A stretch of DNA of 64,000 bases from Trypanosoma brucei (taxonomy: Eukaryota). Position numbers and translations under genes: made by a program. Each line of letters begins with the position of its first letter. The first letter of the stretch is position 1. The notes under the pieces were generated by a model. The model saw only the letters and a list, made by a program, of their open reading frames with translations. It was not told the DNA's origin and ran no database searches. The DNA lies in contig CM000207.1 of assembly GCA_000002445.1 (NCBI GenBank), positions 2,496,001 through 2,560,000 on the forward strand. Direction: 5' to 3'. Below, one piece after another: positions 1 through 13,285 of this stretch.

Positions 1-3000
1 TGTCGCTTCACTTGTTCAAATGCATGTAAGAGAGCGTAATGGACATTAACTTCCCAGTCTAACCGGATGCGGTGCTAAAATGAAAAAATATGCATGAAGA
101 AACGAAAATATAAAGGCATTGGAATGCGGCCAGATGACTATATTGCTATTATCCTTATGCTTTCTCACATGGCTACCGGATATATCGCTTCTTTATCACT
201 TATAATATGAGAAATTGTCCACGGAGTTTGTGAGGGTACTGAAGTGTAGAAAAAGAAACTCATTGAATGATATCAGGAGAATACGAGTTGAAGTCTTCGG
301 GATGTGATAAAAAGTAAAGTGGTGGTAAATGCATGAAACGGAAAGTAGAGAAATAATGTGTAAGACACTTTCAAAAAAAGTGTAAAATACTTCTGATAGA
401 GTAAGAAATCGTACAGCGTATTTTTTACAAGCTCCACGCAGACATAATCCTGAGAGAATAACAACAGCAAATACGAAGAGAAAGAATTTATTTACTTATG
501 AATATGAAATAAGAAATATGAATATTCCATTTATTATTCCTTGAATGTGCAGTCGCCTGACTGAGTGTTGGAAACATGGATTCTAAAGAATACATATAGT
601 ATTTAAATGAAATGTAAGTGCAGTATCCTTCCCAAATGATCCTTAATAATTACACTTACATTATTATCGTTTTTCATTGTCCTCTACTTTACTTATTACT
701 GTCATTATCCCACATTCCATAGGTGTATATATATACACAACATCCCCTTTTATTTGCTTCCCCCATGCCTCACTCTGTTTCTGTTTTCTTTATGCAACTA
801 TTTTGGAGCTGCTTCCGATGTGCCACTGCAGAATGAAAAAATGCTCATTGGAACAAATGCATGAGTTTGCATATAAATATCACACATAATTTATTTTATA
901 TTCCGAGTGTTTGCAATATAATGGAAAACATGGAAAGGAAATGAATCAATGAATATGCGCCGCAGTTGTAAAAGGTTTGTGCTACTATTGTGCTTGCTTG
1001 TCTCAAAAACTCCTTCCCAATTGTTTGGTATGAAGCAAATTGTTGTAGCAGCTTAAATGAGAAAAAAGATACATAGTCCACTCTGTTTGTTCCAACAGCA
1101 ATTTATCCTTTTTCAAAATGCTTCACACCCAATACCAGAGAAAATTTACCTCTTTTTTTCTTGTCAGTACTGACATTCCTTCTTCGCAACGTACTCTGTA
1201 GAATTGGAAGTTTGAAACAATTGAAGGGACCTCCGCACACTCACGGAATGGCATCTGTTTTGCCTTCATAATGATAGTTTCATTCCTCCGCGGGTTGTGG
1301 CGTGATATCCTCCGCTTCTCCTCTTTGTTCCAGTTTTCGCGGTATTGGAGTCCATTCCCCCTCCCTTCATTCTTCCAATTAAATTATAAAGGTATCAAAT
1401 GAAAGGGCTTTGAGGGCACTCGGCATTGACGAAAACACTACGAAGTTATTATTCCCGATAGAATTTATTCGTGAAGTGTAAGATACAAAGGAGGCCAAGT
1501 AGAGAAAATAATACAACCCAAAATGTCAGGGAACACGGGTATTTATTAGGAATAAACGTAGAACCAACATGCGCAGGCATGATACAGCAAAGACAACAAT
1601 TTCGGCTAACATTTGTGTGCATGTTCAACTTTTACAACTGGAGAAATATTCACTACTAAAGTTTTCTCACAGTTGTAATGATAACAATGCGTGAAAACAC
1701 AGATACACGCTTCTCAAATGCATGATACAACCAGAGGTGTAAATAGCTCAAATGGTAGGATTCTCGACACATGTGGAAACGAATTAACTCAACTAGCAAT
1801 ATTTTAGTTATATCGAAGCCTTACCACAATCGGTTCAGCTAAAATACTTCAAACGAGTCCTTCAAAAACCCTGTTTGTTGATGCTTTTATTTATTTTATT
1901 CTGATGCCTGGTGAGCATATTTGGCTGCGATTGATTACTGCTGCACATGTTGGATGTGCGAAATCTTTCTCTAAATTCACAGAAATATATATCGTACCGT
2001 CTTTCATTTTGCTACTCCCTTACATTCTCACCAAACATACATAGATGATACCATAGTCATCATAGCTATTGAGGAAACTGATACCTTGGTCTTACATTGC
2101 CCTGATCGTGGCCGAAACTTGCAACTTGATTTATCGTGCCTTCCGCTATCCATGCTGGAAGTTGTGTTGTGTAATATTTTCCCTCCGAGTTATGAGGTGT
2201 GATAACTGTCAGTCCTTCAGTTGTGCCCTACCAATCGAATCCATCAGCACTATTTTATTGCATCTCCTCATTCACTTCCCCCTTTACACAGACATATTTC
2301 TACCATTAAAAGTTAAAATGTGACTCATAAGCGATGATGAGACCACACCGGGTTGTTTTGCAATTACCTCAGTAGCACCACATGAAAGCGAAGTGTTGGC
2401 TTTGCATTGCCCTTCTGTGCCAATAGTCGAAAACAGAAATATAGCGAGGAATGTTTGTTATTATTTGGAATCCTTTTATTGAGTGTGACTTTGGAATCGT
2501 AACATAATTGAAATAAACAGAGAATGTGCCATCCCTCCCTTCCCATTAATTTTCTAAATGTGCTGAGAGGAGATGAAAAGTGTTTTCAGTGTTTGAAGTT
2601 TTGACATTTCAGTGGCATAATACTTCAAGTTAGTGGAAATAAAATTGCATACCCAATGCCATTATGATGCAAATACATTCAACTGACAGCATTCAATCAT
2701 CTCATTGCCAAACTTTGTTTCAACTCTCAGAAATAATATTTTTAGTAGAAAACGGCTACCAAACATAAGTAATGGGAACTACTACATCAGGAAACCAGGA
2801 ATGAAAGCGACAACGCATCTCAACTCCTGAGCAGTCAGAAGCTTTAAGGGAACCATCAACTACTGAACAAAATAAACTCACCACCGTTACAATCACCGAA
2901 GAGACGCGCGACGCCAGAAATGATGAAACTGTGGTATCATTACTGAATGAGCATGAGAAATTGATTAAACAAACGAAACGGCTGGAAAGCAGTGTGAAGG

Positions 3001-6000
3001 CACTTAAATGTTTCATGAGTAATCTCACAGCTATGAGTGGCGAAAGGCAAGGTGGTGTGTGTGATGGCACCGAATGCATACGTGCGGTAACGTTGTATAA
3101 TGCTGCTGATAATGCCTTCAGTGACGAAGGACTACATGAAGGTGCTCTTTCCTCACTCTGTGGTCGCATTCTAGCTGAGAAATTAACCATCACAATGTCA
3201 GAAGGTGAGAAATTTGACTTACAAGGAGTCAGTGAGCTAAAGCAGTTGGAAGAGTTACGCATTGAATATCCACGTGGGCAAAGGTTCTCTACTAAAACTG
3301 TTTGCATCGTCCAAGCTGATAAAGGAGGTGAAGGTGTTATCAACTGGAGAAACGGTAGTTCGCGAAGAGATTAACTGCGAGAACTTAAAGGTCATATTTA
3401 CTCTAACTCAATAGCTGCTTCCAATGATAAGGCAAATTTTCAACATGGTGAAAGGGGTTCACAATTTCACTACTCTTTGGACCTGAGAAACCAGCTAAAG
3501 ATGTTGAATCATCTGGACTGCCGATGCCAATCAGTACCGTATGCGAACTCTTCGGAAAAACGGCACTTAGGGGAGTCAAAAAACTGTGTGCGAGAGCTGC
3601 GGCAGCTACAATAGTCAGGTTTCCAACCATGAAGACGCAGCTCTAATTCTGTTTTAGAATTTCTGAGTGCTATCGGATCGAAGGAAAACAGTTCCTGAAT
3701 TGCAGCAGTGCTTATAAACTCTTTGATGAGGCTTAATTGGGTTGGTCGCAGCTGCGTTGCTCGAGGGTTGGGGTGGTTCAAAGTAGATATCACATCCAAC
3801 ATGGTGGATAAGCAACTTCCCGCCTCACTGAACAAAAAAGATCATGACAACGACTATAGAGTTCGACGAACGTGGGATTGACGCGTGGGTTTCTTCGGGT
3901 GTCGGCGTTAGGCCGCATCCTATTTAGAGCGATGTAACGTTGAGCACGGAACTAAGTAAGAACAGAGGATCCAACGATAGTTTATTTCCCAGGAATCCGA
4001 TTCTCAAAGCGAAGGATTCGGACGTAAACAAACTGGGAGGTGCGCCGCAGCGGAGAAATAATGCTTGCGCGACAGCCGCTAAGATGCTATACGTAAGCGC
4101 TGGAGAAGACGGGGCACACGGCACTTGGATTGGGCATCTGGAAACCACAAGGCCTTATGTTGACGAGGAAAAATGGCCAACGATGCCAAGACCCAAAAGC
4201 CCCCGGGCCACACTGCACCCATTAAAAGAAGTATTGAAGCATGCTCACCAAACGACAAAATCAGAAAGAACAAGAATAGAGAGGCTTAAAGCAGCAGTTT
4301 TAGCTGAACGGTGCTCCGCGGAAGAAAGCGCCTACAGTCTTCCACCCCGGAATCGTCCACGAAAAGATAAACTACGGTGTCGCTCCTAGGAGATTCTCAT
4401 GTCTCTACCTGAAAGGGGGGAAGACGGAAAGCGCGAAAGCTGAAGCAGTGCAAATCATTGCTGGGGTTTCCTCAGACTCGAACAAACAAGACATGCTCAA
4501 AAAAGCACGACTGATATTTGTTTGAAAAGCGGCAAGCAAGAGGGCGACGGAATATTACATGCAATGAAGCGCCAAAAGGGGGCGCTTTTCAAGCATAATA
4601 AGCCGGCGATAGTCGCGAAACAACCCAATACTTGAATGGCTGAATTCAGTGGAGGGATGGTGCTCCGACACCAAAAATCAAGGTGTACTCCACACTTAAA
4701 GCTCCTTGGACATTGGCTCCAGAGTGTACACAAATTTGCCATACGTGGGTGGGTATAAAAGCAAACGCAAAAGACAAATGGAGGAGGGCTCATACGCCGA
4801 AAAAAATAGGGATATTCAGCAAGAAGGACTGAAACGTTTCAACAAATGAACTGGTGAGTTTAGGCAGTTAGTCCACTGCAGAAACGATAATCATCGGCAA
4901 CATGGAAGAATACAGGATTAAAGGGACACCTGAATATTGGGATGCAGTCATCGTGCAGAAGCAATGCTAATGGAAAAGGTGCTGAATACGCTACTGGAAA
5001 CAATGAAAGACAGAGTTTAGCGGAGGATTGAATCGCGGGCTGTGTATGGAAGGGTGGTTTTCACAGTCAGTAAAAAGAATGCGGTGATTTCTATGCAGCT
5101 TATTTTCTTCCACCACGTTGTTTGGAAAGACAGCGCAATAGCAGATGAGATTGCAGTGGAAGAATCAACTGCAGAAAGACACACCTAATATATAAAGTTG
5201 ATATTTTGGTGGGAGACATAAAGCAGAAGCGCAACAAAAGAACATGCTGTGCTCGAAGCTGGATTGGGGCGAAATACGCACAGGAGAAACTTTCTAGGCC
5301 CCATCGAGTCTCTACTAAAGAAGCGATCGCATGCCGGAATAAAAGAAATCTCGCCCTTTAACAATTTCATATTCACACCCCAGAAACAATTTGGCTAGAC
5401 CGGTGGAACAGCCTCGTTCCCTGATAAGTGTTTCAGCAAATATCGGTTGTACGACAGCCAAATTGATATTGTTGAAAAAAAGAAACAATATCCCGGAGAG
5501 CTTACCAATGAATTAAAAACGCTATTGATAGCCCCCAAGGCTAAGGCAGAGAGAGGTTTGCGATCCAGTGATAGGCACAGAATGTAACTTCATCGTCCAC
5601 TGATAAGGATAGACCATGAGTGACGTAGTTAAGGTACACGAGTGGGCAGAAGTGGCAGACGCATGGGAAGGCTTTAAAAGATGCTGTGAAATCCCTCGTG
5701 TGCGCCACGGATGCTATCAATGTGTTTTGTGTGAGTGTGGCACTCCCCGGAAATGTGAGAAACTTTAAAAAACATATAGACAGACGTGAGAAAGAAAGCA
5801 TAGTATGAAGAAAGAACAGAAAATAGGCCAAGAAAAACAGGTGTCATCGAGGAGAGTGTAACAAAATGCTCACTAAACCAGGAAAAGCGCCAACAACATG
5901 ACTAAACTTCTCTATTTCATTCAGCTACAAACATGAAGAAAGAACTCCGCATGGAAAAAATGTGAGGACGAAATACCAAAGTCATTAGAACGTTCGCAGC

Positions 6001-8097
6001 CAAGTGAAAAAATGAGAGATTCAGCTCAGTGCCATGTTCGTCCGTCATTTCAAAGAAGTATCTTCGGAGGTTTTGGTTTATAAGGAGCATGACGTCGGCG
6101 GGCGTTCTGGAAGGAAGGAAAAAGGGGAAGGAAGTTCCCAACTAAATAAGAAAAGAGACCTAGAAACCGTACATTCGTTTACCTCGGCGTCCTACACCGC
6201 AAACGCTGGGAAGGGAAAGGACACCAACGGGAGCTGCGGAGCAGCGTACAGGCCAATACAAGAAATCACAGCGGCTAGTCCCCAATTTCTAAAACTTCTA
6301 AACCAAATAAAACAGTTCCCATCACCGAAGGCGCCCGCGCATAAGGAAAGAACGAGGCTGCAACAACAAATGACAACCATTCATCACACTATTCTCCATT
6401 TTACCATCCGGAAGAAGTGCAGCACCGCATTCACCATGCTTCAGTATTACCAAACAAAGAATGACATTGCCAATATGCTCACATGATGGCCAAACACAAA
6501 CATTTCCAAAACAGGAAAGCCCAGTAAAAAAAAACCATTTAAAATAAAAAACAAACTGTAACGCAACAACGTCATACTAAAAGGGAAACAATATATTCGA
6601 ATCAATAATTATAATAGTCGAAATAAATAGTTAACACAAACATAAATACAAAAAAATCATTTAAAATAATAGAGCAAACAAACATAATTACGCACCACTA
6701 TGTTATTTTCTTTTTCCAACAGCATTGCAATCAAACTATTTACGGCAACATTCCGCCAATTTTAGATGCTGGTACACAATGTTCCTCACGGCGTATTGTT
6801 GTGCAAAACAGTGTTACCATGCAATTCGCAACCTTTTTGTACTCAAAAAACACGCCTTTCTGTACAACATGCTCCATGCGGGATAATTGATGCACAAAAT
6901 GTGCATTTTGTGCCATAATAGAAAATGCAATAGTAGGCAATAAGGCGTATTTGATGTATGGGCTTCGATTTCGTATCTATTTTTGCTTAAACCACTTTGC
7001 TGTTGTTCGGTGAAAGGTGTCGAGGACAACTGGGGTTACAATTGGTGCCGCTTTTGAGTGGTATAGAGGAGAAAAGCCACCGCTGAATACGCTTGTCTCA
7101 AGTTCTGCTTACCGCAGGTGTTACCGGCCGTGCCCGATTGTTTCCGTTGGCCATCTTCGTGTGCTTTGTTACTAGAAACTTCATATCTGCATCTGTTCAC
7201 AGTTTCTGGCCAAACTTCGTTTTCCATCTACAAAGTTATCCCTATCTTGCCCATGGAGCTTTCTGATAAACTGAAAGCACATATCTTTTCTATGAATTAG
7301 CATCCCTTCGCGAACTTACTACTAAACATTTGGTTTCCGCCATCACATTAAAAACCGCAGTGTCAACCATTTTCGGTGTTACATTTATACATTCTTGAGT
7401 TATTTACGGCAAATAATCTCCTCTCGTGTCATTTTTCTCTTTCTGCTATAATTTCACGCACTCTCTTGTTCTATTCTATATTTCTATTTCTTTAGTTTTA
7501 ATCTTCTGTTTTTATCACTGCAAATATCATCTCGACTTCTTTGGCTTCTGCACTGGATTCTCTCTTTCCCTCATATCATTGCATATAATAATACCAATCA
7601 TCATGTTTGTGCTTGAAGTTGCGCGCATTCCATCTCCCTTTACCTCGATCCTCCTCACTCACTTACTGTCCCACTTACCCACTTTCACTCATTGAACTCT
7701 TTTAACTCTTGTAACTCTTATAACTCTCCTAAGTGTTTTATTTTCCCTATTACTTAGGTCTTTAAAACCTCAATTCTTATAATATTGCTTCTATTGTTAT
7801 AATGCCCTCAACCACTGTTACCATTACTATAGCCATAACCCTTAAATACTCTCAATACTCATAATATCAACAAATAATAAAAATAGACCATATTAGAATA
7901 GCACTCATTTTTCATTCCATATTATTACAGTGCCTTGCTCCTATAGGCCACGATCATAACAAAACTACGTATTTTTCATATTCTCAAAAATTTATAAATC
8001 TTCACATTTTCATGAAAAAGTGTTAAAATATAGTAAAATCTCATAAAATAGGAATTTTCATAAATTTTCATGAAATTGCGTAAAAATCCTTAAAATG

Positions 8098-8470
8098 CTT
8101 ATATTGCTACGAAAAGCACAATGGAAGCAACAGTCAGAGAAAACTTCTTATTGACAAGAAAACTGGAATCTTTGCAAGTGTTTTCAATCCATCCACAAAC
8201 AGCTTTGTCACCTGAATTTACATTCTTGTTTTCCGCTTCGCATTCCTCCTTCTTATTATGCTTGGAGCACCTTGACTCAGTTTTCTCGCCTTTCCCATCT
8301 TATTTCAGTGTCTGGTGTGCCGCTTTTGTTGACTCCCCCTTATCCAATTTGCACTTCTTTTTGCCACCTTCTTCTTCAACTTTGCATGGGGGTTTGCATT
8401 CATCTCCTGTTCCTTTTGCTTCGCAAGTTGCGTCTGTTTCGGTGACTTTTGTTCTCGCTATCTGGGACTT
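8098..8470 (-). pseudogene. Orphan VSG C-terminal domain and GPI-signal fragment on the minus strand, opposite to every other VSG in the window
   Basis: Reverse-complement translation gives ...TCEAKGTGDECKPPCKVEEEGGKKKCKLDKGE... and then CKDSSFLVNKKFSLTVASIVLFVAI-stop. A 16-mer-like TATATTTTAACAC lies downstream on the minus strand (plus-strand gtgttaaaatata near 8021-8034). Confidence 0.6.
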
Positions 8471-9181
8471 GGTTTGAGCGCCGGCTACATTCTTTTGTAG
8501 GTTGGTTTTTTTTTCCCTCGCGCAACCGTCAGGACCATGCAGTTGGTACACACCTGATGGTAAGGAGGAAATGCATTTATGCACACCACACCACGAGGAC
8601 GCGGTGATAGCGTGGAATTCAACGCTGGAGACCGGCGTTCCTACTCACTAAAAGACCCTGTTTTTTTTTTTTGAAGAATTGATACCCACAAGTTGGCGAC
8701 CGCATGTGCGCGTTTCTAGGGAAGCGGTCTCCATTTGACGCCCGTTCGATCCCTCCCACGTTGCGTGAACCATGTTTACCATATCTTTCCGCCTCCCCGG
8801 ATGGAGATTTTATCAGGGATTTTGGTTCCCCACCTGAGCATGGCACTGAACCGTGGTGGAAAACTAAGTAATGGTTCTCTCCCCACGGAGCGGTCGCACC
8901 ATATCCGGTGTTGCGGCCGCTGTTTGGATGGAACATTTGACTTCCCAGTTTATTTCTCTTCTGGTACTGGATCCTGGCGCCATATTGAAGCAGATCTATC
9001 CTTAGTGTAAGCTAAATACTCGCAGCCAGATGGGATAGATCTCGGTATTATCTGCGACGAGCACTCTACTTAACCACTAAACCAAGGTAGACAAGGCTCT
9101 TACCCATCCGAAAACGACCCCCGTGCCTGTGAAGGAGCAGAAATAAAAATATTGTGGGCTCGTAGAATAGGAAAAAAGGAG

Positions 9182-10620
9182 ATGATGATGCGCGCTACAA
9201 CGGTGGCTTCCTTACTAGTTTTAACTTTGCATGCAACAAGGCAAACTGCTGCAAACAAAAAAGCAATCAAAGTACAAGGATTTGTGAAGATGTGCACGCT
9301 TTCCAAAAATCTCAGACCGTGCAGGCGTACGCAACCAATAGACTAAAAAAATGGAAGATGATGATTGCAGATCTCAATGATCTCTGCGAGGACCTAACAA
9401 TTCTAAACAAAAAGTAGCGAAAAGTGCCTGAAGTCGCGACACCAGCTTTAATAAGGCTCTTAAGGCATGAGGCAAAAGCGTTAGAACACAAGTATCAGAC
9501 CCTGGAAGAAACAGCACCACTGGCGGGCTCACTTTCGGCACAGGCAGCAGGGGCAATGGACGAAGCAGCAGCTACTTTCTACGCAGCAACCAAAAACGGC
9601 GGCAGCGGCAAATACTACCTTGACCAGGACGGAACGGCCAACAAACTGGCCACAGCAACAGATCTAGCAGGATTCATGACCGAAGAAAGCGCCCCAGTAG
9701 CAGCAGCAGCAGACACAGCGGCAGTCGAAGTCAAGCCGTCCGATATAACAACCGCAGCGGGCACGGGAAGTGACTGCTTACTCACGCAAACGGACAGCAA
9801 TGGCGGTTATATCAACAGTGACGGCATGACCACGGGCATCAAATGGGCCGGCGGCCTTCTAACGTTCAGCACGAACCAATTAACAAACAATCCCTGGACT
9901 GATACGTCAGCGGCGTTAGCGACAGCACCGGTGCTAGAGCAGGCGGCACGACAGCTGGCAACCATATCAACAAAGTGGAGCCACACGAGCGCCGCAATAG
10001 ATAACCTCCTAAAACTCAAAAAGCCCACCGAACAAACTTTCACTGACATCGAGACCAACGAAAATGTCCTGAACCCTGGAGGCAACGACAAGGCACTAAA
10101 GGTAACAAAGGAACAACTAGAGCAGATCAGGCAAAAAGTAAATAATTACAGAGAACCACTCGCCCGTGACGGGAAACTAGACTCAAGCAGAAATAGTTTT
10201 CACCTCCAAGAACTGACGACAAACACTACAGTTACAATTGAAAAAGTCACCGCAGAATGCAACAAACACACTCAGGGAAAGCAAAGCTACGAGACAAAGG
10301 AAGAAGAATGTAATAAGGCAAAAGACAAAAAAAGTGAATGTGGAAAAAAAACTGGGTGCACTTACGACGGCAGTAAGCCAGCTGGCAAAAAATGAACATT
10401 GAGTGAAGAAACCAAACCAAGCATCGGCAAGAGAAACAGCAAACCAAGAAATAGAAGGAAATGATGAGAAAAAAGGGGAGAAATTTGCAGGGAAAGAACA
10501 AAAATACTGAAAAGATAGCTTCAAATGTAAAGGAAAAAGTGCAGGGATCTCGGTTTTCTCATCAATAAGAATTCTGCTCTGAGTATGGCTGCTGTTTTTG
10601 TGAGCTTTGTAGCATTTTAA
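9182..10620 (+). pseudogene. VSG: VSG pseudogene: signal peptide and N-terminal domain intact in places, frameshifted, degenerate C-terminus and GPI signal
   Basis: A true ATG at 9182 gives MMMRATTVASLLVLTLHATRQTAANKKAIKVQGF (signal peptide). The long ORF 9424-10395 is Ala/Thr-rich and ends in a Cys-rich C-terminal domain (CNKHTQGK...ECNKAKDKKSECGKKTGC). A decayed GPI tail ...GISVFSSIRILL follows, then a degenerate 16-mer near 10692. Confidence 0.7.
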
Positions 10621-10689
10621 GAATTTTAAGGATTACTGCTCAATTTATTGAAATTTATGAAATTTTGCTATATTTCTTTATTTATCTTT

Positions 10690-10800
10690 AAGGGATATAT
10701 TTAATGATTATAATAGTAATAGTAATCATAATAATAACTATAATAAATATATAGAAGAGCGTTGTGAGTGTGTATATACGAATATTATAATGAAAATTGT
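10690..10800 (+). repeat. 70-bp repeat block: (TRR)n triplet tract plus the GAGTGTTGTGAGTGTGTATATACGAATATTATAAT core
   Basis: taatagtaatagtaatcataataataac...agaagagcgttgtgagtgtgtatatacgaatattataatg. The same core recurs upstream of every VSG cassette in the window. Confidence 0.75.
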
Positions 10801-13285
10801 GGTAAAAAGTAAATGAGTGGTGAATATAAAAGATTTTAAACAATATAATGGTCGAAATGGACGTAAGTGAGTAAAAGAGATAACACGATTAATGTTATTA
10901 GAGAAAACACGGAAATACAGAAAGAGAGATGGTATATTGAACAGAAGCAGTTTCAAATATGAATATGGATAGGGGCATCATTATACACAACGAGATGACG
11001 AATGGAAAAATAAGGGAGAGACAAAGTTCAGTGACCAGGTTAACTTCTGGCGCTATGTTATGTGCAAAGTATCGGAAGTTAGCGGAAAGATAGAAACAAA
11101 AATAGAAACCGAAACACATGTATCTGTGACCGCCACTGTTTCAGAGAATTTACAACCTAAAGAATGTATTATTTTCTTCAATATGAGACCGTCACTAGAA
11201 GTAAATTGCATAGAATGTTTTTTACCCAATGAATCAGCTACTGGTTGCAGTTAAATTCTCTTAAACTAGCAAAAACAGCACCAAAGTTTGAAAGACTGGC
11301 AGTAAACGGAAATACGCAATGAAGTATAAACGTTGAGAACAAAAAAAGGTTGCATTGCTTCAAAAGTAGCTAAGACACACTGACACTTAGTATCCCTTTA
11401 CACTCGAGGTAATTGTCAAGATTATTGAATAGAATCAAGTATTTTGTTGTTTTTCTAGAACGAAGACAGGTAGAGACGTGGAAAGTGCATCCCAAATGAC
11501 GGAAGCAGTAAACTGAAAACAAGATGACTTAGTAGAGGTTGATTGAATCTACCTTAGTTTATAGAAACCACAGTAGTCTAGCTGTTTCATACAAGGTTCT
11601 TGTTTCCCTAAAGCTTTCGGTCTCGCTATGTTTAAAAGGAGTCAAAATATAGCACACAAATATAAAAATAAATATCTCAAATGGAAGAAACAGGAGCACT
11701 TAAGTTACGAAGGGAAGTAGTCTCAAGGAAACTAGTAGCACCGACTCTTCTTCAATGTTCATAACGTCCATACGAAAAAAAAGATGAAACACATATAGTA
11801 TGGACCTGAATTGGCTGTACAGTTAGAAGGTGTGACTACAAAGGAAATTAAAAATGATCGGTGCGATCAACCGGCAAGCCTCAAAAAAAACATATTTCAC
11901 TCAAAGCTGGATAGATACAGAAACGGAGATAATGGTGACGATCATGTTTTTAATCCGTTTGGAGTTTCTAATATAAAGTTATAGATACCCAGAAATGTAT
12001 TGGATAATTGTGAGGTGCTATAAAAATTTCTTATGGTATTTAGTAATAATGGAAAACATTGTTGGAAACAATATAATATTATCGGAAGGAGAACTTTACA
12101 TATAGAATTGCTAATGGATGACAGTGGAAAGGAAAAATAAAGCAAAGAAAGTGATTAACACAGGATGTTTATGGAGGAATTATTTATGAATTAGAGGGAA
12201 TTAACAGCAACATTCCTGTAATTTCGTATTGATATACTGGACACGCATTAGGATATTTCAAGGAACAAGTAATCTATATAAAAGCAGTCAATGGTGAACA
12301 AATGACGGTTGCCATTAACAAGTTAATCCAATAAACAAAAGCTCCCAAAGCACAAATGTCCAGTTATTAATAGAAAGAGGAACATCCACGCCTAGGATTT
12401 CGAACAAAAGAAAAAAGCTAACCTTTTTTTTGTAAAAATAAGCAATGTTACATTGTTATTCGACCTGCGGCACCTGGAGCCAATATTGCAGTAAGTAAAA
12501 CAAGCGAACGCCATTGAGGTTAAAAATTTAAGATATAGAGGCTTTTTAGATTATTTGCAAAAACATAAGGGTTTAGTGGTAGAGGAATAAATGAAAAATT
12601 TGATACGCCTGCAGCGGCAGTGGACAAGATTAGTGTAAGTGACTCTAAGTGAGATACAAAGAAACATGACAGAAACTGCCGGCACCAACGTTTAACAGAA
12701 CGCATTTTCCGACCGATTCGGAGGTTCATATCCGCGTTTGAACTTCAACGTCAGAAATCCTACAACAGCAACAGAAACCCATAATTAAACAGCAGAGAAG
12801 CAACAGCCTGTAGTACCTGCGCAGTTTCGAACAAATGTTGCGGCGTGCGCGAACCAGAGTGACATCGAAAACATAAGTTTTCAAAGCGCTATCATCGATC
12901 CACACAAAAGAACAACCAAAATGGAAATTCACAACGGCTTATTCAGAGGCGCTATCCAAAGCCCTGACCACTGCCCGTCGCTGGCAAATGCAGCAATAAC
13001 TGGCTGAGAACCAGCGGTCAAAGGGAAGGAAATGCAATATGAAAAGGGAGCTGTCCACGATCCACGTCATCGCCAACAAACACTTTTCTTTGAACCACAA
13101 AACCGCACAAGACAACGGTAATGCCCTCAGGAAGAGACAGGATAGACCTACAGATCGAATAGCTGTCTCCCTAACCACACAAAAAACCAAGGTGGATACT
13201 CTTAACTTACAAAAATTCACTTTAGGAAAGCGAAACACAGCAAGGTCTAGAGATTCTAAGGGAAAAAGCCCAGAAGTCCGCAGTT

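Noticed and set aside
2756-3374. Overlapping 147-aa (+) and 195-aa (-) ORFs as a possible real gene pair
   Set aside because: Both cannot be coding. Neither has a convincing domain, only weak leucine-rich periodicity on the + strand. It is reported as a low-confidence observation rather than a feature.
8690-8770. tRNA-like B-box (GTTCGATCC at 8748-8756)
   Set aside because: I could not assemble flanking sequence into a cloverleaf (no complementary T-stem, no A-box at the correct spacing). It is retained only as part of the unexplained 8480-9150 segment.
9152-9181. ORF-track start codons at 9152, 13286, 31740 and 35091
   Set aside because: Inspection shows these are TTG or GTG codons (the track allows alternative initiators). 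Where a true start exists, it is the downstream or upstream ATG noted in the features. 35091 is simply a continuation of the glycosyltransferase frame after the TGA at 35013.
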